Origin: Eledone cirrhosa
Taxonomy: Eukaryota
Reading direction: 5' to 3'
Assembly (NCBI GenBank): GCA_964016885.1
Contig: OZ024743.1
Location: forward strand, 3,100,001-3,164,000
DNA length: 64,000 bases
Within the stretch, counting starts at the first letter, position 1. Every line of letters starts with the position of its first letter. The notes under the pieces are model-generated. The model did no database searches. It saw only the letters and a list, made by a program, of their open reading frames with translations, and was not told where the DNA came from. Both the position numbers and the translations under genes were made by a program. This document shows, in pieces, positions 50,539 to 63,516 of this stretch.

Positions 50539-53492
50539 ATCACTCACATATTCCGACCTACGGAGAACAGTCCCTGACACTAAATTTGGGACTACGCCGC
50601 ACTTTCCAGTGGGTATTCGTTGTGGCTAAGCTGCCGACCCCTATTTTAAGAGCTGACTTTCTTTAGCACTTCTCGCTGCTAGTGGATCTGAAAAACCAAC
50701 GTCTCGTTGACAACTCCACTGGTCTCACTGTGCGCGGCATAGCCGCTAGGACAGCCACAGTCAGTCCAGTCATTTCACGATCGACAACAACAACCCGGCA
50801 CAACCACATCATCAACAAATACCCAGACGTAGCTCGACCACTATTCAATGCTTGGCCTGTAAAGCATGACGTCACACACCACATAAAAACACACGGCCCA
50901 CCTGTCGCTGCACGACCTAGAAGGCTACCACCAGACCGGCTGAAGTCCGTCAAACAAGAATTTCAGCACATGCTGGATCTCGGCATCATACGTCCGTCCA
51001 GCAGCAACTGGTCCTCACCCATACACTGTGTACCCAAGAAGTCGTCGAACGACTGGCGAATCTGTGGCGACTACCGTGCACTGAACAACTGCACCGTTCC
51101 TGATTCTTATCCAGTGCCTCATCTACAGGACTTCTCTAGCTCGCTGCACGGGGCTCGCATATTTTCGAAGATCGATCTTGTGCGAGCTTACAATCAGATA
51201 CCCGTTGAGCCAGCAGAGATTCCAAAGAGCGCAGTCACAACACCCTTTGGAATGTTCGAATTTCTGCGTATGCCTTTCGGTTTGCGAAATGCAGCGCAGA
51301 CATTCCAGCGATTCATCGATACAGTCACCAGAGGTCTACCTTTTGTATACGCATACATTGACGACTTACTGGTGGCCAGCAGCTCCGATGAAGGACATGA
51401 GAAACACCTGGATCCCCTATTCACACGTTTGCGTGAATACGGAATTGTTATCAACCCCAGCAAATGTGAGTTCGGAGTTGCGTCCCTTCATTTTCTGGGA
51501 CACATCATTGACAAAGATGGTATTCGCCCACTTAAGGAGAAAGTCAAATCCATCATTGATTTTCCACAACCTATATCTCTCCGCAAACTGCGAGAATTTC
51601 TTGGCCTGGTAAACTTCTACAGAAGATTTATACCCCACTGTGCAGAGACAGCCCAACCACTCACAGATTTGCTGCGGCAGCGTACAACCAAAAACGCAAA
51701 CATCAAGCTCAGCGAAAAAGAATGTACCGCTTTCGCTGAGTTGAAGAAAATGTTGTCCGAGGCTACAATGCTGAGTTACCCCAAACCTGACGCCCCAATG
51801 TGTTTATTGACTGATGCATCCGATTTCGGTGTTGGATGTGTGCTTCAACAACTCTCTGGCGATATTTGGCGACCTGTATCTTTTTTCTCTAAGCGATTAA
51901 AACCCACCGAAACTAAGTACAGCACATTCAGTCGTGAATTATTGGCAGCATACCTTGCTGTCAAGCATTTTCGACACATGCTAGAAGGTCGTGTGTTCTC
52001 TATATACACCGACCACAAACCACTACTGTACGCGTTCAACGCCAAGCCTGACCGACACTCACCCAGGGAGGTCCGACATCTGGACTTGATTTCTCAGTAC
52101 ACTACTGATATTCGGTACATTAAGGGTGCTACCAACTCAGCAGCTGATGCCCTATCGCACAGGGAGCTTAACGCAATCCACACCACTGCCACTATCAACC
52201 TCCAGAGGATTGCAGCGGATCAACAGAACGACGAGGAACTGCTGCAACTCCGGAAATCATCCTTGAAATTGAAGGAATGCCCGCTGCCCTCTTCTTCGGG
52301 TTATATTTGGTGCGACATCTCCACAGGCTGCGAGCACCCATACGGGCCCCGGAAACATCGACGCAACGTTTTCTCGGCACTGCATTCTCTGGCACATCCT
52401 GCCGTCCTCGCCACGCAGAAACTGATGGTTGCCCGCTTTGTGTGGCCCAACATCAACAAGGACACCCGCGAATGGGCTAGGAACTGTATCGCGTGCCAGA
52501 AGGCGAAAATTCACCGGCACATCAACGCCCCGATCGGTTCTTTCGTAACACCTGATGCACGGTTCCAACATGTACATATAGACATAGTTGGACCTTTGCC
52601 TCCTTCTCAAAACTACACTCATCTTCTCACCTGTGTCGACCAATTTTCTCGCTGGCCAGAAGCTTTTACCCTGGCAGATATTACTGCGGAAACTGTCGCC
52701 AAAACGCTAGTGTTTCACTGGGTTTCGCGTTTCAGCACACCCGCGACCATCACTACGGATAGAGGACGTCAGTTCGATTCGCACCTATTTACCGAGCGGA
52801 CTCGTCTCCTCGGGTGCAAACACATCCGTACAACAGCGTATCACCCTGCCGCTAACGGCATGGTAGAACGCTTCTACCGCCAGCTAAAAGCATCTATCAA
52901 GGCTTACGAAGACTCCACTAACTGGTTCGAATACCTCCCACTCATTCTTCTTGGTATTCGTTCCACTGTTAAGGAGGGAGTCGGACATTCTCCGGCTGAA
53001 ATGTTGTATGGCACCGTACTCACTCTACCCGGACAAATGATCGCTCCTGTTTCGCCACAAGAACTTCCAGACCCTACAAAATATGTGCACCGTTTACCGT
53101 CATCGATGTCGCATCTATCTCCTTCAGCCCCTAAACAACAGCACATTACTTCACACATACCAAAAGACATCGATACATGAACGCATGTTTTCGTTAGAAA
53201 TGACGGTATTCCATCGCAACTTCTTCCGCCGTATTCCGGGCCCTATAAGGTGATACAGAAACGCCCTAAGTATTTCGTCCTCGACTTGAACGGGAAACGA
53301 AATACTGTCTCCATTGATCGTTTAAAAAAAGCGTTCATAGAACAGGAATTGCCACCAGTACCCACCGTTTCTCCAGCAGACTACCAACAACTTTGCCCGA
53401 CACAAACACGACAAATTCTGCACAACCCCGACACACCAAATCTGGAAGAACAGTCCGATGGCCCACGCGATACGTACAAGTTTATTGGGTAA
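50343..53492 (+). pseudogene. pol: Gypsy pol (protease-RT-RNase H-integrase), in-frame stops at 50664 and 53178
   Basis: [52 protein letters not shown]. Confidence 0.95.
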
Positions 53493-54592
53493 GTACAAAT
53501 TATGCATCCGGTCGACATTTCGGCTAATTTGTACATTTCAACGAATCGGCCAATTTCTGTGGTCATGAACTATTGCTACACACAAATCAATTAACTCTGT
53601 GCATCACCCACATCAAAAGAACAGACAAAAGAACATTTTTCCGTTTCTATGAAATGAACGAACTTTTAATCAACAAACTTTTCGTACGAACATTTTCAAT
53701 TTTATCTAACAACACAGTACATTTTCCTGCATGTAAATTTCTTTTGCTTTGCATGTTTTCTTTCATTTCTCCTGTTTGTAAATGACTTTCATGTGTTTTT
53801 TTTATTTTTACTGATTTTCTTCAACAACACACCTAGTCATACCTATCTTCATTTCACATGCACCTAGATCGTTCAATCTTAGCTTTCTCACTGGAATGGG
53901 GGTACTATAACGGCGGCGAAGATTCGAAACCGAATCTGAGCTTTCCCGCCTCTGGGACAAGCCGTGGTAACTTGTTTACGCTCAAGAGACTAACCCCTTG
54001 GGAGAGGCTAAACACAGGTCAGAGGTGTTTACGCCTGACAGAAAATAGGTCAGAGGATATATCCATCTTTCTGACTTGTTTACGCTTGGCAAACTAATCC
54101 CTTGGGAGACTAACCAAAGTTCAGAGGATATATCTATCCTTCTAACTTCAACTCTTATAAATACAGGGGTTGTTTACGCCTCGACAGAAAAGAAGTGATA
54201 TACAGACAAGACAAGTCGCATTTACAAGCTCTCGTCACGAAAGCCAGTCTGCCACTTATTCTCACCTTCCTGGCTGATCGCTGACTCCTGCAATACAAAT
54301 AAGTAAATATACTGATACGCACACGCATTCATAGTGAGTTCAGTATTTATACACGCACCATTTCTGTTTATACATGTTGTACCTTTCTGATATAGTACAA
54401 ATTATATTATAATCGTATTCTGTGATACTTGAATTTATTGTATGAATATTTTGTGTTATTGATTTTATCATTCAATATTCAAATTGAATATTGTTATAAT
54501 AAAATAAACTTTGTAACAACACAATCCTGGTATTTTTCTTTACATCGAAACCACCATACCAACAGTTACATCCATCCATCCAGGACGGGGTT

Positions 54593-55170
54593 CATCTTCC
54601 TGCCAAAAGAAAAAAAAATTTTTTACGATGACTTTTCCAAATGTTTGGGGCCTTATAACACAGGGCTTCATTTGTCCTAAATCGGCACTTAGTAGATTAT
54701 ATGATGTCTGCGTGGGAAGTGTGTTATTGCATAGTAGTGAGATTTGGGAGGTAAATGTAGATGATATGCGGAGACTGGAGCGAGCAGGCTCTGTTGAATG
54801 TGTGGTGTTAATGTGCACGAATGACGGGCGTGAATAAATTGAGAGAAAAACTGAGTATGTGAGGAATCAGATGTAGTGTGCAGGAGAGAAGACTACGCAG
54901 GTATGAACATGTGATGCTATTGATGGTGAACATTAAGTGAAGAAGTGCCAGGAGATGCTAGTAGATGGGTAGTAGAGGAAGACCGAGAAAAATGTGGGCA
55001 GTGGTGGTTAAAGCTGATCTCAAATCGCTGAACCTCATAAAAGGGATGATGAAGGAACGCTAGGAGCGGAGGGAGGCTGTAATTGAAACATGACTCATCC
55101 AACCCATGAAAGCATAGAAAATCGGGTGTGAAATGGTGATGATGATGATGATGATGACGACGATGACTAT
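54593..55170 (+). mobile_element. Decayed RTE LINE 3' fragment abutting the Gypsy 3' LTR
   Basis: RLYDVCVGSVLLHSSEIW..DMRRLER; (GAT)n tail. Confidence 0.8.
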
Positions 55171-55329
55171 GATGGATCAATTGCTGAAGCTGATTTGTTA
55201 CAATGTAAAGAAATATTATAATTTGGAGAGCTGTAACCATTTTTCTTGTTCGACAAAGTCTGGGGTTGTGGCTAATAGGAGATATTTTCATGTAGAGAAA
55301 AAATATAAACAAACATAAGAAGCAAAATC

Positions 55330-57030
55330 CATTCATCATCCTCATCACCATCATTTTACATCCTGCTTGCAAGGGTGGGACGGGTCCTATTCAGCACAGC
55401 ATCTCTCCACTTGTCACGGTCCTTTGTCATCTCCACCGTGAGCTTCAGCGATCTGAGGTCAGCTCTCACCACCTCCGCCCATGTTTTTCGTGGTCTTCCT
55501 TCTTCTGGGATTTCTTGACACTTCTTTACCCAGCGGTCATCCTCCATGAGCATCACATGCCCATACCAACACAGTCTTCTCTCCCGCACGCTACAGCCTA
55601 TCCCTCTTATACACAGTTTCTCTCTCAACTCGTCTATGCTTGGTCGTTCACGCACATTGACATTGCACGTCCAATGGAGCATACTTGCTTCATTTCTCTC
55701 CAGCCGTGGCATATCCTCCGCAGTTGCTGCCCCTGTCTCACTACCATGCAGCATCGCGCATCTCACACAGGCATCATATAACCCGCCTTTCGTTCGTAGG
55801 AGGAACCTTTCTTTGTGAACAGAGGAAGCAGATTACTAAACTTCTTCCAACCCGTCCTTATTCTAGATACTATGACCTCAGAACACCCGCCTCCCATGCT
55901 AATCTGGTAACCTAGGTACTGGAAGTTATCAACCACCTCTATAGATCCTACCTACATTTGAAAAATATGTCTATCACTGCAACTACTACTGTCAAATTTC
56001 TCTGTACATCTACTGCATATGTAGTTTTCCCTACTTGTTAGTTTGCCTGCTATCCCACTACATCTCTTGTGTACCCAAGATCTGTATTGCGTACATTTAA
56101 TAGAATTTATGACAACTCCTTTTCTGCATACCAAACATGGCCATTTCCCAGATGAAATCAGAGATTTGTGCTCTTTTCTACTTATCAACACTTTAGTCTT
56201 AGCTAGGTTCACTCTCAGTCCTCTTGATTCCAACTGCTGTTTCCATAGCCAGAATTCATTCTCTAGCTCCTCTACTGATTCTGCTATAAGTACCCGATCG
56301 TCAGCATAGAGAAGTTCCCATGGGCAGCCAGTCTTAAACTTCTCTGTTATGGCTTGAAGGACTATAATGAACAAGAGCGGGCTGAGGACCGAACCCTGAT
56401 GCACTCCTACTTGTATCTGGATTTCCTCACTAAACTCCATTCCTACTCTCACTTTACTGACAGCACCCCTGTACATAGCTTGCTCTGTCCTCACAAGTCA
56501 TTCCTCTACACCTAGTTTCCTTAGGGACCACCAGATGACAGATTGGGGTACTCTATCAAAGGCCTTCTCTAGGTCAACAAAAGCTAAGTATAGTGGCTTA
56601 TTCTTCTCTAAGAACCTCTCTTGTAGTTGTCTCACTAAGAAGAGGGCATCTGTTATACTTTTCCCAGATACAAAATCAAACTGTATCTCATCTAATTTGA
56701 CCCTTTCTCTAATTAGTTGCGCTAGTATTCTTTCTGCCACTTTCATAACCTGATCCATCAGTTTTATGCCCCTATAATTGCTCCTCTCCAGAGCATACCC
56801 TTTGCCTTTGTAGCAATTTATAATAATACTGCTGCATCAGTCTTTGGGTATGGCACCGCCATATATAGCTTGATTAACGATGCGTGCAACCAGTTTAATT
56901 CCTACTTCTCCTGTTGCTTTCAGCATCTCAGCAACTATCCCCGACGGTCCAGCGGCCTTACCACTTTTCATTTCCTTAATTGCCTCTTTGACCCTATAGT
57001 CGTCAATCTCAATAGCTGGTCCCTCTGGCG
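55330..57030 (-). mobile_element. 5'-truncated RTE LINE
   Basis: AFVDLEKAFDRVP, GVHQGSVLSPLLF, LLYADD, WVHKRC, RLCWYGHVM. Confidence 0.95.
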
Positions 57031-57330
57031 TAGATATTGTAAGGTTTATATAGAAGCCAAGTTTGTGAGTGGGTTCATGTTAGGGATATGACTTAAAGCT
57101 GGGAAGTCAGCCTGCCGCTTCTATTCATTTATTTTCTATCCCCAAAGGTTTACTTGATTTTTTCAACTACTATTTTCAGTGATCGACTATTATTATAGTC
57201 ATTTGCGTTGGGACCACTACCTTCCAAATTTCCTATTTTACCATTGCTTTTTAAGTCAATCGGTTGTTTATATTATCTAAATAACTAAATATGATTCTTT
57301 ATTAAATAATTTATTTTATTTATATTTCAG

Positions 57331-57492
57331 CGAAGAAAACATCTATAAACCAAATATTAGATAGTGTTTCTCTGGTATCTAAACACGAAAAAATAACTGT
57401 TATAAAAGGAACAACACTCAGAGGAGTCTTATATATTGTAATCGCAACATTAACTGGAGGTTATATTTATGGGCCAATTGGTTTAATTATTG
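57331..57492 (+). CDS. C19orf12/Nazo-like gene copy 2, internal coding exon (divergent)
   Basis: TTTCAG acceptor, GTAAGTTCTA donor, same 162-nt length and phases as 27581-27742; KKTSINQILDSVSLVSKHEKITVIKGTTLRGVLYIVIATLTGGYIYGPIGLIIG. Confidence 0.8.
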
Positions 57493-57528
57493 GTAAGTTC
57501 TATGTGTTATATTATTGCTCTGAATATA

Positions 57529-57751
57529 CGAAGGTCGGCTGAAGAATTCATAGGCTGGCCAAGATACTCTCATGGAATAACCAAATGAGGTTTATTTTTC
57601 AACATAATTCCTGAAAAACAAATCAAAACAAAAACAACAACAACAACAACAACAACAATGCAGTTATTAATAAGAAGAGTTGAAATTAGTATTTCACAGC
57701 TATAGCATCACTCCTTCATACACAGCCTATGAACTTTTCATCCTACCTTCG
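57529..57751. mobile_element. Tc1/mariner MITE
   Basis: TA-CGAAGGTCGGCTGAAGAATTCATAGGCTG ... CAGCCTATGAACTTTTCATCCTACCTTCG-TA; related half end at ~63405. Confidence 0.8.
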
Positions 57752-57983
57752 TAGTTACCATATCTTAAATTTAGCATTGCAAACTTACAAAATACTCCAT
57801 AATTATACAAATCTTGCTGCTTATATCGGCAAACTTATACTTACAAACTTATACTTACAAACTTTATAATTACAACCAAAATCTAAAGATCCTCATTTGG
57901 TAAAGTTATATTTACAATTGTAAATACTGACTGAGATGAAAAGGTTTAGATTTTGATGAAACCAGTTGTAGGTCGCTACATAG

Positions 57984-58646
57984 TGTAGCAAGCTACTTCC
58001 CTTTGGTGAATTGATACCCTGTCCGTGAGTAATTTTGGCTAAGTTAGGCCAATCACTCGCCGCACACGGATATGTATTTTCAACTTCCGCCCAAACGGAG
58101 ACTTTCCCCACTAATTTTAAACTAATTCTCATTAATTAGTTCTCATTAAATTAATTAGTTCTCTTTGTGCTTTGACCGTTGTAAGGTAAACAACTATTTT
58201 TCTTTTACTCCGCAACCATTAACCAATATGTAACACAACAGTGTAACCACGGGCCCGGCCAACTTCTCAGCCAGTGGACCGTGCCTTCTGAAACCTTAAT
58301 TTGTTTGTTTCATTTGTTTTGGCATGCCAGCTCAATCCAGCTCTTCTCACCTTAACCTTTGTTAATAAATTATGTAAAAACATGCTAAAGTCTTGTGATT
58401 CTATTTACCACAGCCATTGCTTTTAAACGAGATATGGAAAGATTCCTTCCAGAGTTATATTCACTGCAGCAACAGAAACTGAAACTTACAGCCGAACCTC
58501 AATTCAACTTACATTTATTGACAAAACAAACCATACCGTTCCCGTTACAACAAACTACATATTGTCATTGATATTATTATTACATGGCATAATATTATTT
58601 AACTAGCTAAACTGGTGACTATCAAATGTCTGCTATATTGGTGACC
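57984..58646 (+). mobile_element. LTR plus PBS remnant
   Basis: TGTAGCAAGCTAC ... TGCTATA-TTGGTGACC; homologous to 60695-61330 on minus. Confidence 0.7.
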
Positions 58647-59781
58647 ACTCCAATACACTAATATTAAATATTGGTGATATCATTAACTAAAATACTTCTA
58701 AAATAGTATGGACTCTGGTAGAGATAGATGATTGTAGCCTTATGAACCATCGGCTAATGATTTCTAGCATAGACACATGGTGACATAGAGGAACGGAAGG
58801 GGTTTAGCCCGTTGAATCGGCTGCACTACATCGTTTTTATTTATTTTAATGACTCCAGTGGGATGGAAGAGAAATTCAGCCTTTACAGGACTTGAACTCA
58901 GACAGTAAATTAAACACCGATTCTGTTTAGTTCACACAAGGGCCCAATATGTTGGAGGCAATATAATGGTAAAATACAAAAACAGTGGCAGATTTACACC
59001 GAGTAAAAGGGCCAAATCCCTCTAACAGTAATCCCCAGCCAAGTTCCGAGGCATTTCTCATCGAAAGAGGTCAGAACGTCTATTACCTCCTCTTGCTATA
59101 TAATCACAACCAAAATTCATTGATCCTCATATGGTAGAACGACAATCCATATTCGTAGGCGAGGAATTAAGTTAAATTCTTCTAAGACACATGGGTGAGT
59201 GAAGTGCATAGTCACATCTCCATCAGTTCATGCAAGGCTTCCACTGATCCATATCTCCTGTTTCTGCCGCTACTCTTGATGTTGTCGACATCATTGACGT
59301 TATTGTTTATATCGGTGCCGTTTTGGGCATCACTGCTGTTTTACATTATACACTTATTGGTGTTATTAGCGTCAACATTGTTGGCCTTGTGCTTAAATCA
59401 GAAACCATTATTATTATTATAATAAAAAAAATAATTACTATTATCTCCTAGCTGATCTGATTGTAAACATTGACACTCCATATGATTACCCCGTGTTTCA
59501 AAATTGTTATTTTGAGTATAGTTTAAACATTCTATTGAAAATGTCATTTAAAAAAATGTCACACTAATTAGGTGAGACACATTTATTCCTCTTCTTCCAC
59601 ATCATCCTCACACCCGTCATTTGCAGTCAAAGGACAAGGATTTTATTTTAAGAAGTTTGACGCTTAAAGAAGGAAGTGTTAAAAGGTAGTGTTAACACTA
59701 AATTTTCTGCTTTGGAAATTTTGATTATGAACTATAATGTCGATTTTTTTTCAGGGAAAAACAATTGACAATATAATTCAT

Positions 59782-62397
59782 AATCAGAGCAGAAGGGATG
59801 TAGGAGAAGAATCAGGGGGACCAAGGATCAATTGTTGATTGATAAAGCGATCTTTGAATATTGTAAAAGGAGGCACACAAATCTTGCCATGGTCTGGATC
59901 GATTACCGCAAGGCTTACGACATGGTGCCACATAGTTGGATAGTAGAATGTTTGAAAATATTTCGTATTGCAGCTAACGTTAGACAATTTCTGGTGAGCA
60001 GTATGGATTGTTGGAAGACTGAGCTGACATCATGTAAAAAAACATTGGGAGTTGTGAAGATCAAGAGAGGAATATTTCAGGGAGACAGTCTTTCACCTTT
60101 GCTTTTTGTACTGTGTATGGTTCCACTTTCATTGGTGCTGAGGTCTAAGGTTGGTTACGAGTGAGGAGGACGCGTGTTTAAGATAAATCACCTGCTGTTC
60201 ATGGATTACCTAAAACTTTATGGGAAATCCTATGAACATATTGATTCCCTTGTACAGACAGGTCACATATTCAGTAAGGACATAGGAATGGAATTTGGCA
60301 TAGAAAAGTGATGGGTGCTACTACTGAAGTGAAGTAAAATTAATAAGATAGAAGGAATTGAATTACCAGATGGACAAGTTATGAAGGAAATTGATGACAA
60401 CGGGTACTTAAGCATCCTGGAAACAAACCAAACGAAAGAACTGTTATCAAAGGAATATAAACGGAGACCGAAGTTTGTGTTAAAGACGAAGTTAAGTGGT
60501 AGGAATAAGATACTGGCTATCAACACATGGGCTGTTGCAGTGCTGAGGTATAGCGCTGGTGTGATAGAGTAGAGATGTATTGAACTTAAGGAGCTTGATA
60601 GAAAAACCAGGAAAATGATGACACTAAAAGGGGCTCTACACCCCAAAAATGATTTAGCAGATTTTTAATAATGATAATAATATTTGTATCAACAGGGGTC
60701 ACCAATATAGCATTCATTTAATTAATAGTCACCAGTTTAGCAGAAAAATAATATCATGCCACGTAATAATAATAATGATGTATTTTGTTGTAGCAGGAAA
60801 GGTATGGTTTGGTTATATCAATAAATGTAACGGTTTTGTTATATGGCAATGTTAGTTGAATTGAGGTGTGGCTGTAAGTCTCAGGTTCTGTTGCTGCTGT
60901 GATAATAATTCTGGAAAGGATCTTTCCATATCACATTTAAAGGACATGGCTGTGGTAATAGCATCACAAGACTTTACAATGTTTTTATATAATTTATTTA
61001 CAAACCGATTACAAAGGTTGAGCTGGCATGCCAAACAAAGGAATAAACAAATTAAGAGTTTAGAAGGTACGGTCGACTGGCTGAGGTGCTGACCAGGCCA
61101 CAGTTATGTTGTCGTTACATATTGGCTAGTGGTTGAACAGCAAAAGAAAAATGGTGTTTACCTTTCCATGATCAAAGCTGCAAGAGACAGTATATCGAAA
61201 GAAAGCGGGAAAATCTCTGTTTAGGCGGAATTTGTTAAGATATATTCGTGCACGGCTCACGATTGGCCTGACTTAGCCAAATCACGCACAAATAGTTTAC
61301 AAATGCGCCAAAGGAAAGTAGCTTGCTACAGTGACGTGGGCATGTATTTATCACGATAGAGAGGAGGAAGAGGTCTTATTAGCTGTGAAATGTGTGTGAA
61401 GTCGGAGGAAAATAATCAGGCATGGTATGTAAATAATTCAAAGGAGAGAGTGATGGCAGGAGTAAGAAAGATAAAGGTCCTAAACAGTGATGAAGTAAAA
61501 GAAAAGGGAGAGTTTAAACAAGACAGACAGAATGACATATTGAATAGTTGGAAGAAAAAAAAATGTACGATCAATTCGTACGTAAAATGCCTGAGACAGT
61601 TGAGAAAGATAGGAACTGGGAATGGACTAGGAAAAGTGACTTAAAAATTGAAACTGAGGGCCTTATTTTTGCAGCCCAAGAACAGGCATTGAGAACGAAC
61701 CATATCAAGTTCAATATTGACAAGTTAGTGAATTCCCCACTGTGTAGGCTGTGTGGTAAGTAAGGTGAGACAATAAACTACATTATTAGTGAATGTAAGA
61801 TGATTGCTTTGAAAGAGTACAAGAGAAGGCACGACAACATTGCTAGATTGGTTTATTGGAAGCTCTGTCATATGTATGGCATGAGCAGAAGTGAGAAATG
61901 GTATGAGCACCAACTGGAAAGGGTGGCTGAAAATGAACATATAAGATCTTGTGGGACATGATCATCAAGTGCGATCATTTTGTCGTGGCTAGAAAGCCTG
62001 ACATTGTTGTCGTAGAAAAGAAGAATAACAAGACATGTATTGTGGATATTGCTTCACTGTGGGACCACAGAGTGAATGAGAAGGAAAGTAAGAAAGTTGA
62101 GAAGTACCAGAAGCTGAAGAGAGAAATCAGGACATGTAGAAGTGATGCCGATTGTGATTGGCGCACTGGGAGCAGTTAGTAGAATGTTGGATGCATGACT
62201 TGAAAAGCTAGGAATTACCATCAAGACAGGATTGTTGCAGAAAACAGCAAAAATTCTAAGAAAGGGGTTAGAAAGTTGAATGAGAAGGAATGACTCAAAG
62301 GACCTTTGGCCATTGGCTATGGCTCGCTCTTTTGGTATAGTGTCGGTTTAACATCTGCCAGAAGAAAAGCGTTACGAATAATAGCAACAATAATAAT
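59782..62397 (+). mobile_element. R4/Dong-like RLE-type LINE, decayed, (AAT)n tail
   Basis: [64 protein letters not shown]. Confidence 0.9.
60695..61330 (-). mobile_element. LTR plus PBS inserted in the R4-like LINE
   Basis: Minus strand TGTAGCAAGCTAC ... TGCTATA-TTGGTGACCCC; splits the LINE frame near LHPK. Confidence 0.75.
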
Positions 62398-63474
62398 GTT
62401 TCCACATTCAACAGGATGTACCAGGTACATTTTTATAGCACAAGCACCCAGGAGGATGTCATCTCTTTGACACAGCTGTAGAAGTCCGCCCAACACTCCG
62501 TCTGGCAGATTTTCTATGGCTGGGTGACCTTCCTTTCACCAACCACTTTGCAGTGTGTTCTGGGTGCGTTTTATCATACCACCAACACCAGAGAGGTTGT
62601 CATGCTCTTGACATAACTGAAGAGTCCTCTTGACTTTTGTTCGGCAAGTTTTCTATGACTCTTCCTATCACCAACTAGTTTACGGTGTATACTGGGCGTG
62701 TTTTATTGTCTCACCAGCGCCAGGGAGGTTGACGTGGCCTTGACACAGTTGATAATAATCTCATCCTGTTTTTACATGGTTATATACATAAATATAACAT
62801 ATATATTCAAACACAACCAAGGAGAAGTATACACATCAATACATACATGCTTACATATCCACACGTAAAAATATACATAACACATATTCACGAACAAAAA
62901 GCACATATATGCATAATTAATTGAATATGTAGTGAGCTTAGAAAGAGAATGACAGTGGGAAAGTTGAGGTGTACATTCATTCATCGTGGAGTAGAGGTTT
63001 CAATGTTGAAGATAAAACATTTTTGCTTGTGTTTGTGGATATATTGTGGATATATTGTAAGAAAACACCACAAATTGGTTAGGGTTTTTGTTAAGCATTT
63101 TAACGTTTTGATTATTGCTATAAAGTGGTTGGCGTTAGGAAGGGCATCCAGCTGTGGAAACCATGCTTAAAATGGAACGTATGAGCTAGATGTGATCACT
63201 CAACCGATTCAGCCTCAGTACTTGACAACCCATCTAACCCATGCAAGCATGGAAAAATAGACGTTTCCCAGCGATAATTGCAATCACCATGACATTGGTT
63301 GTCAGGTGAAAAAAGAACATTTATGAATAATTGAATCACCCCAGTCCCTAGTTATAGAAGCACTGCAACAAGAAGAACGTTTAAAAATATAAAGGGTTAC
63401 TCATACGATGGTCGGCTGTAAAGTTGATAGCCTCACCATTTATTATCATGCCTGTCTGTATACGTATGTATATT

Positions 63475-63510
<36 letters not shown>

Positions 63511-63516
<6 letters not shown>

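Larger units (their letters stand above)
48868..54592 (+). mobile_element. Ty3/Gypsy LTR retrotransposon, near complete
   Basis: LTRs 48868-49435 and 53906-54592 (3'-truncated); PBS TGGTGACCCCG (tRNA-Trp-like) at 49438; PPT GGAATGGGGG at 53893. Confidence 0.97.
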
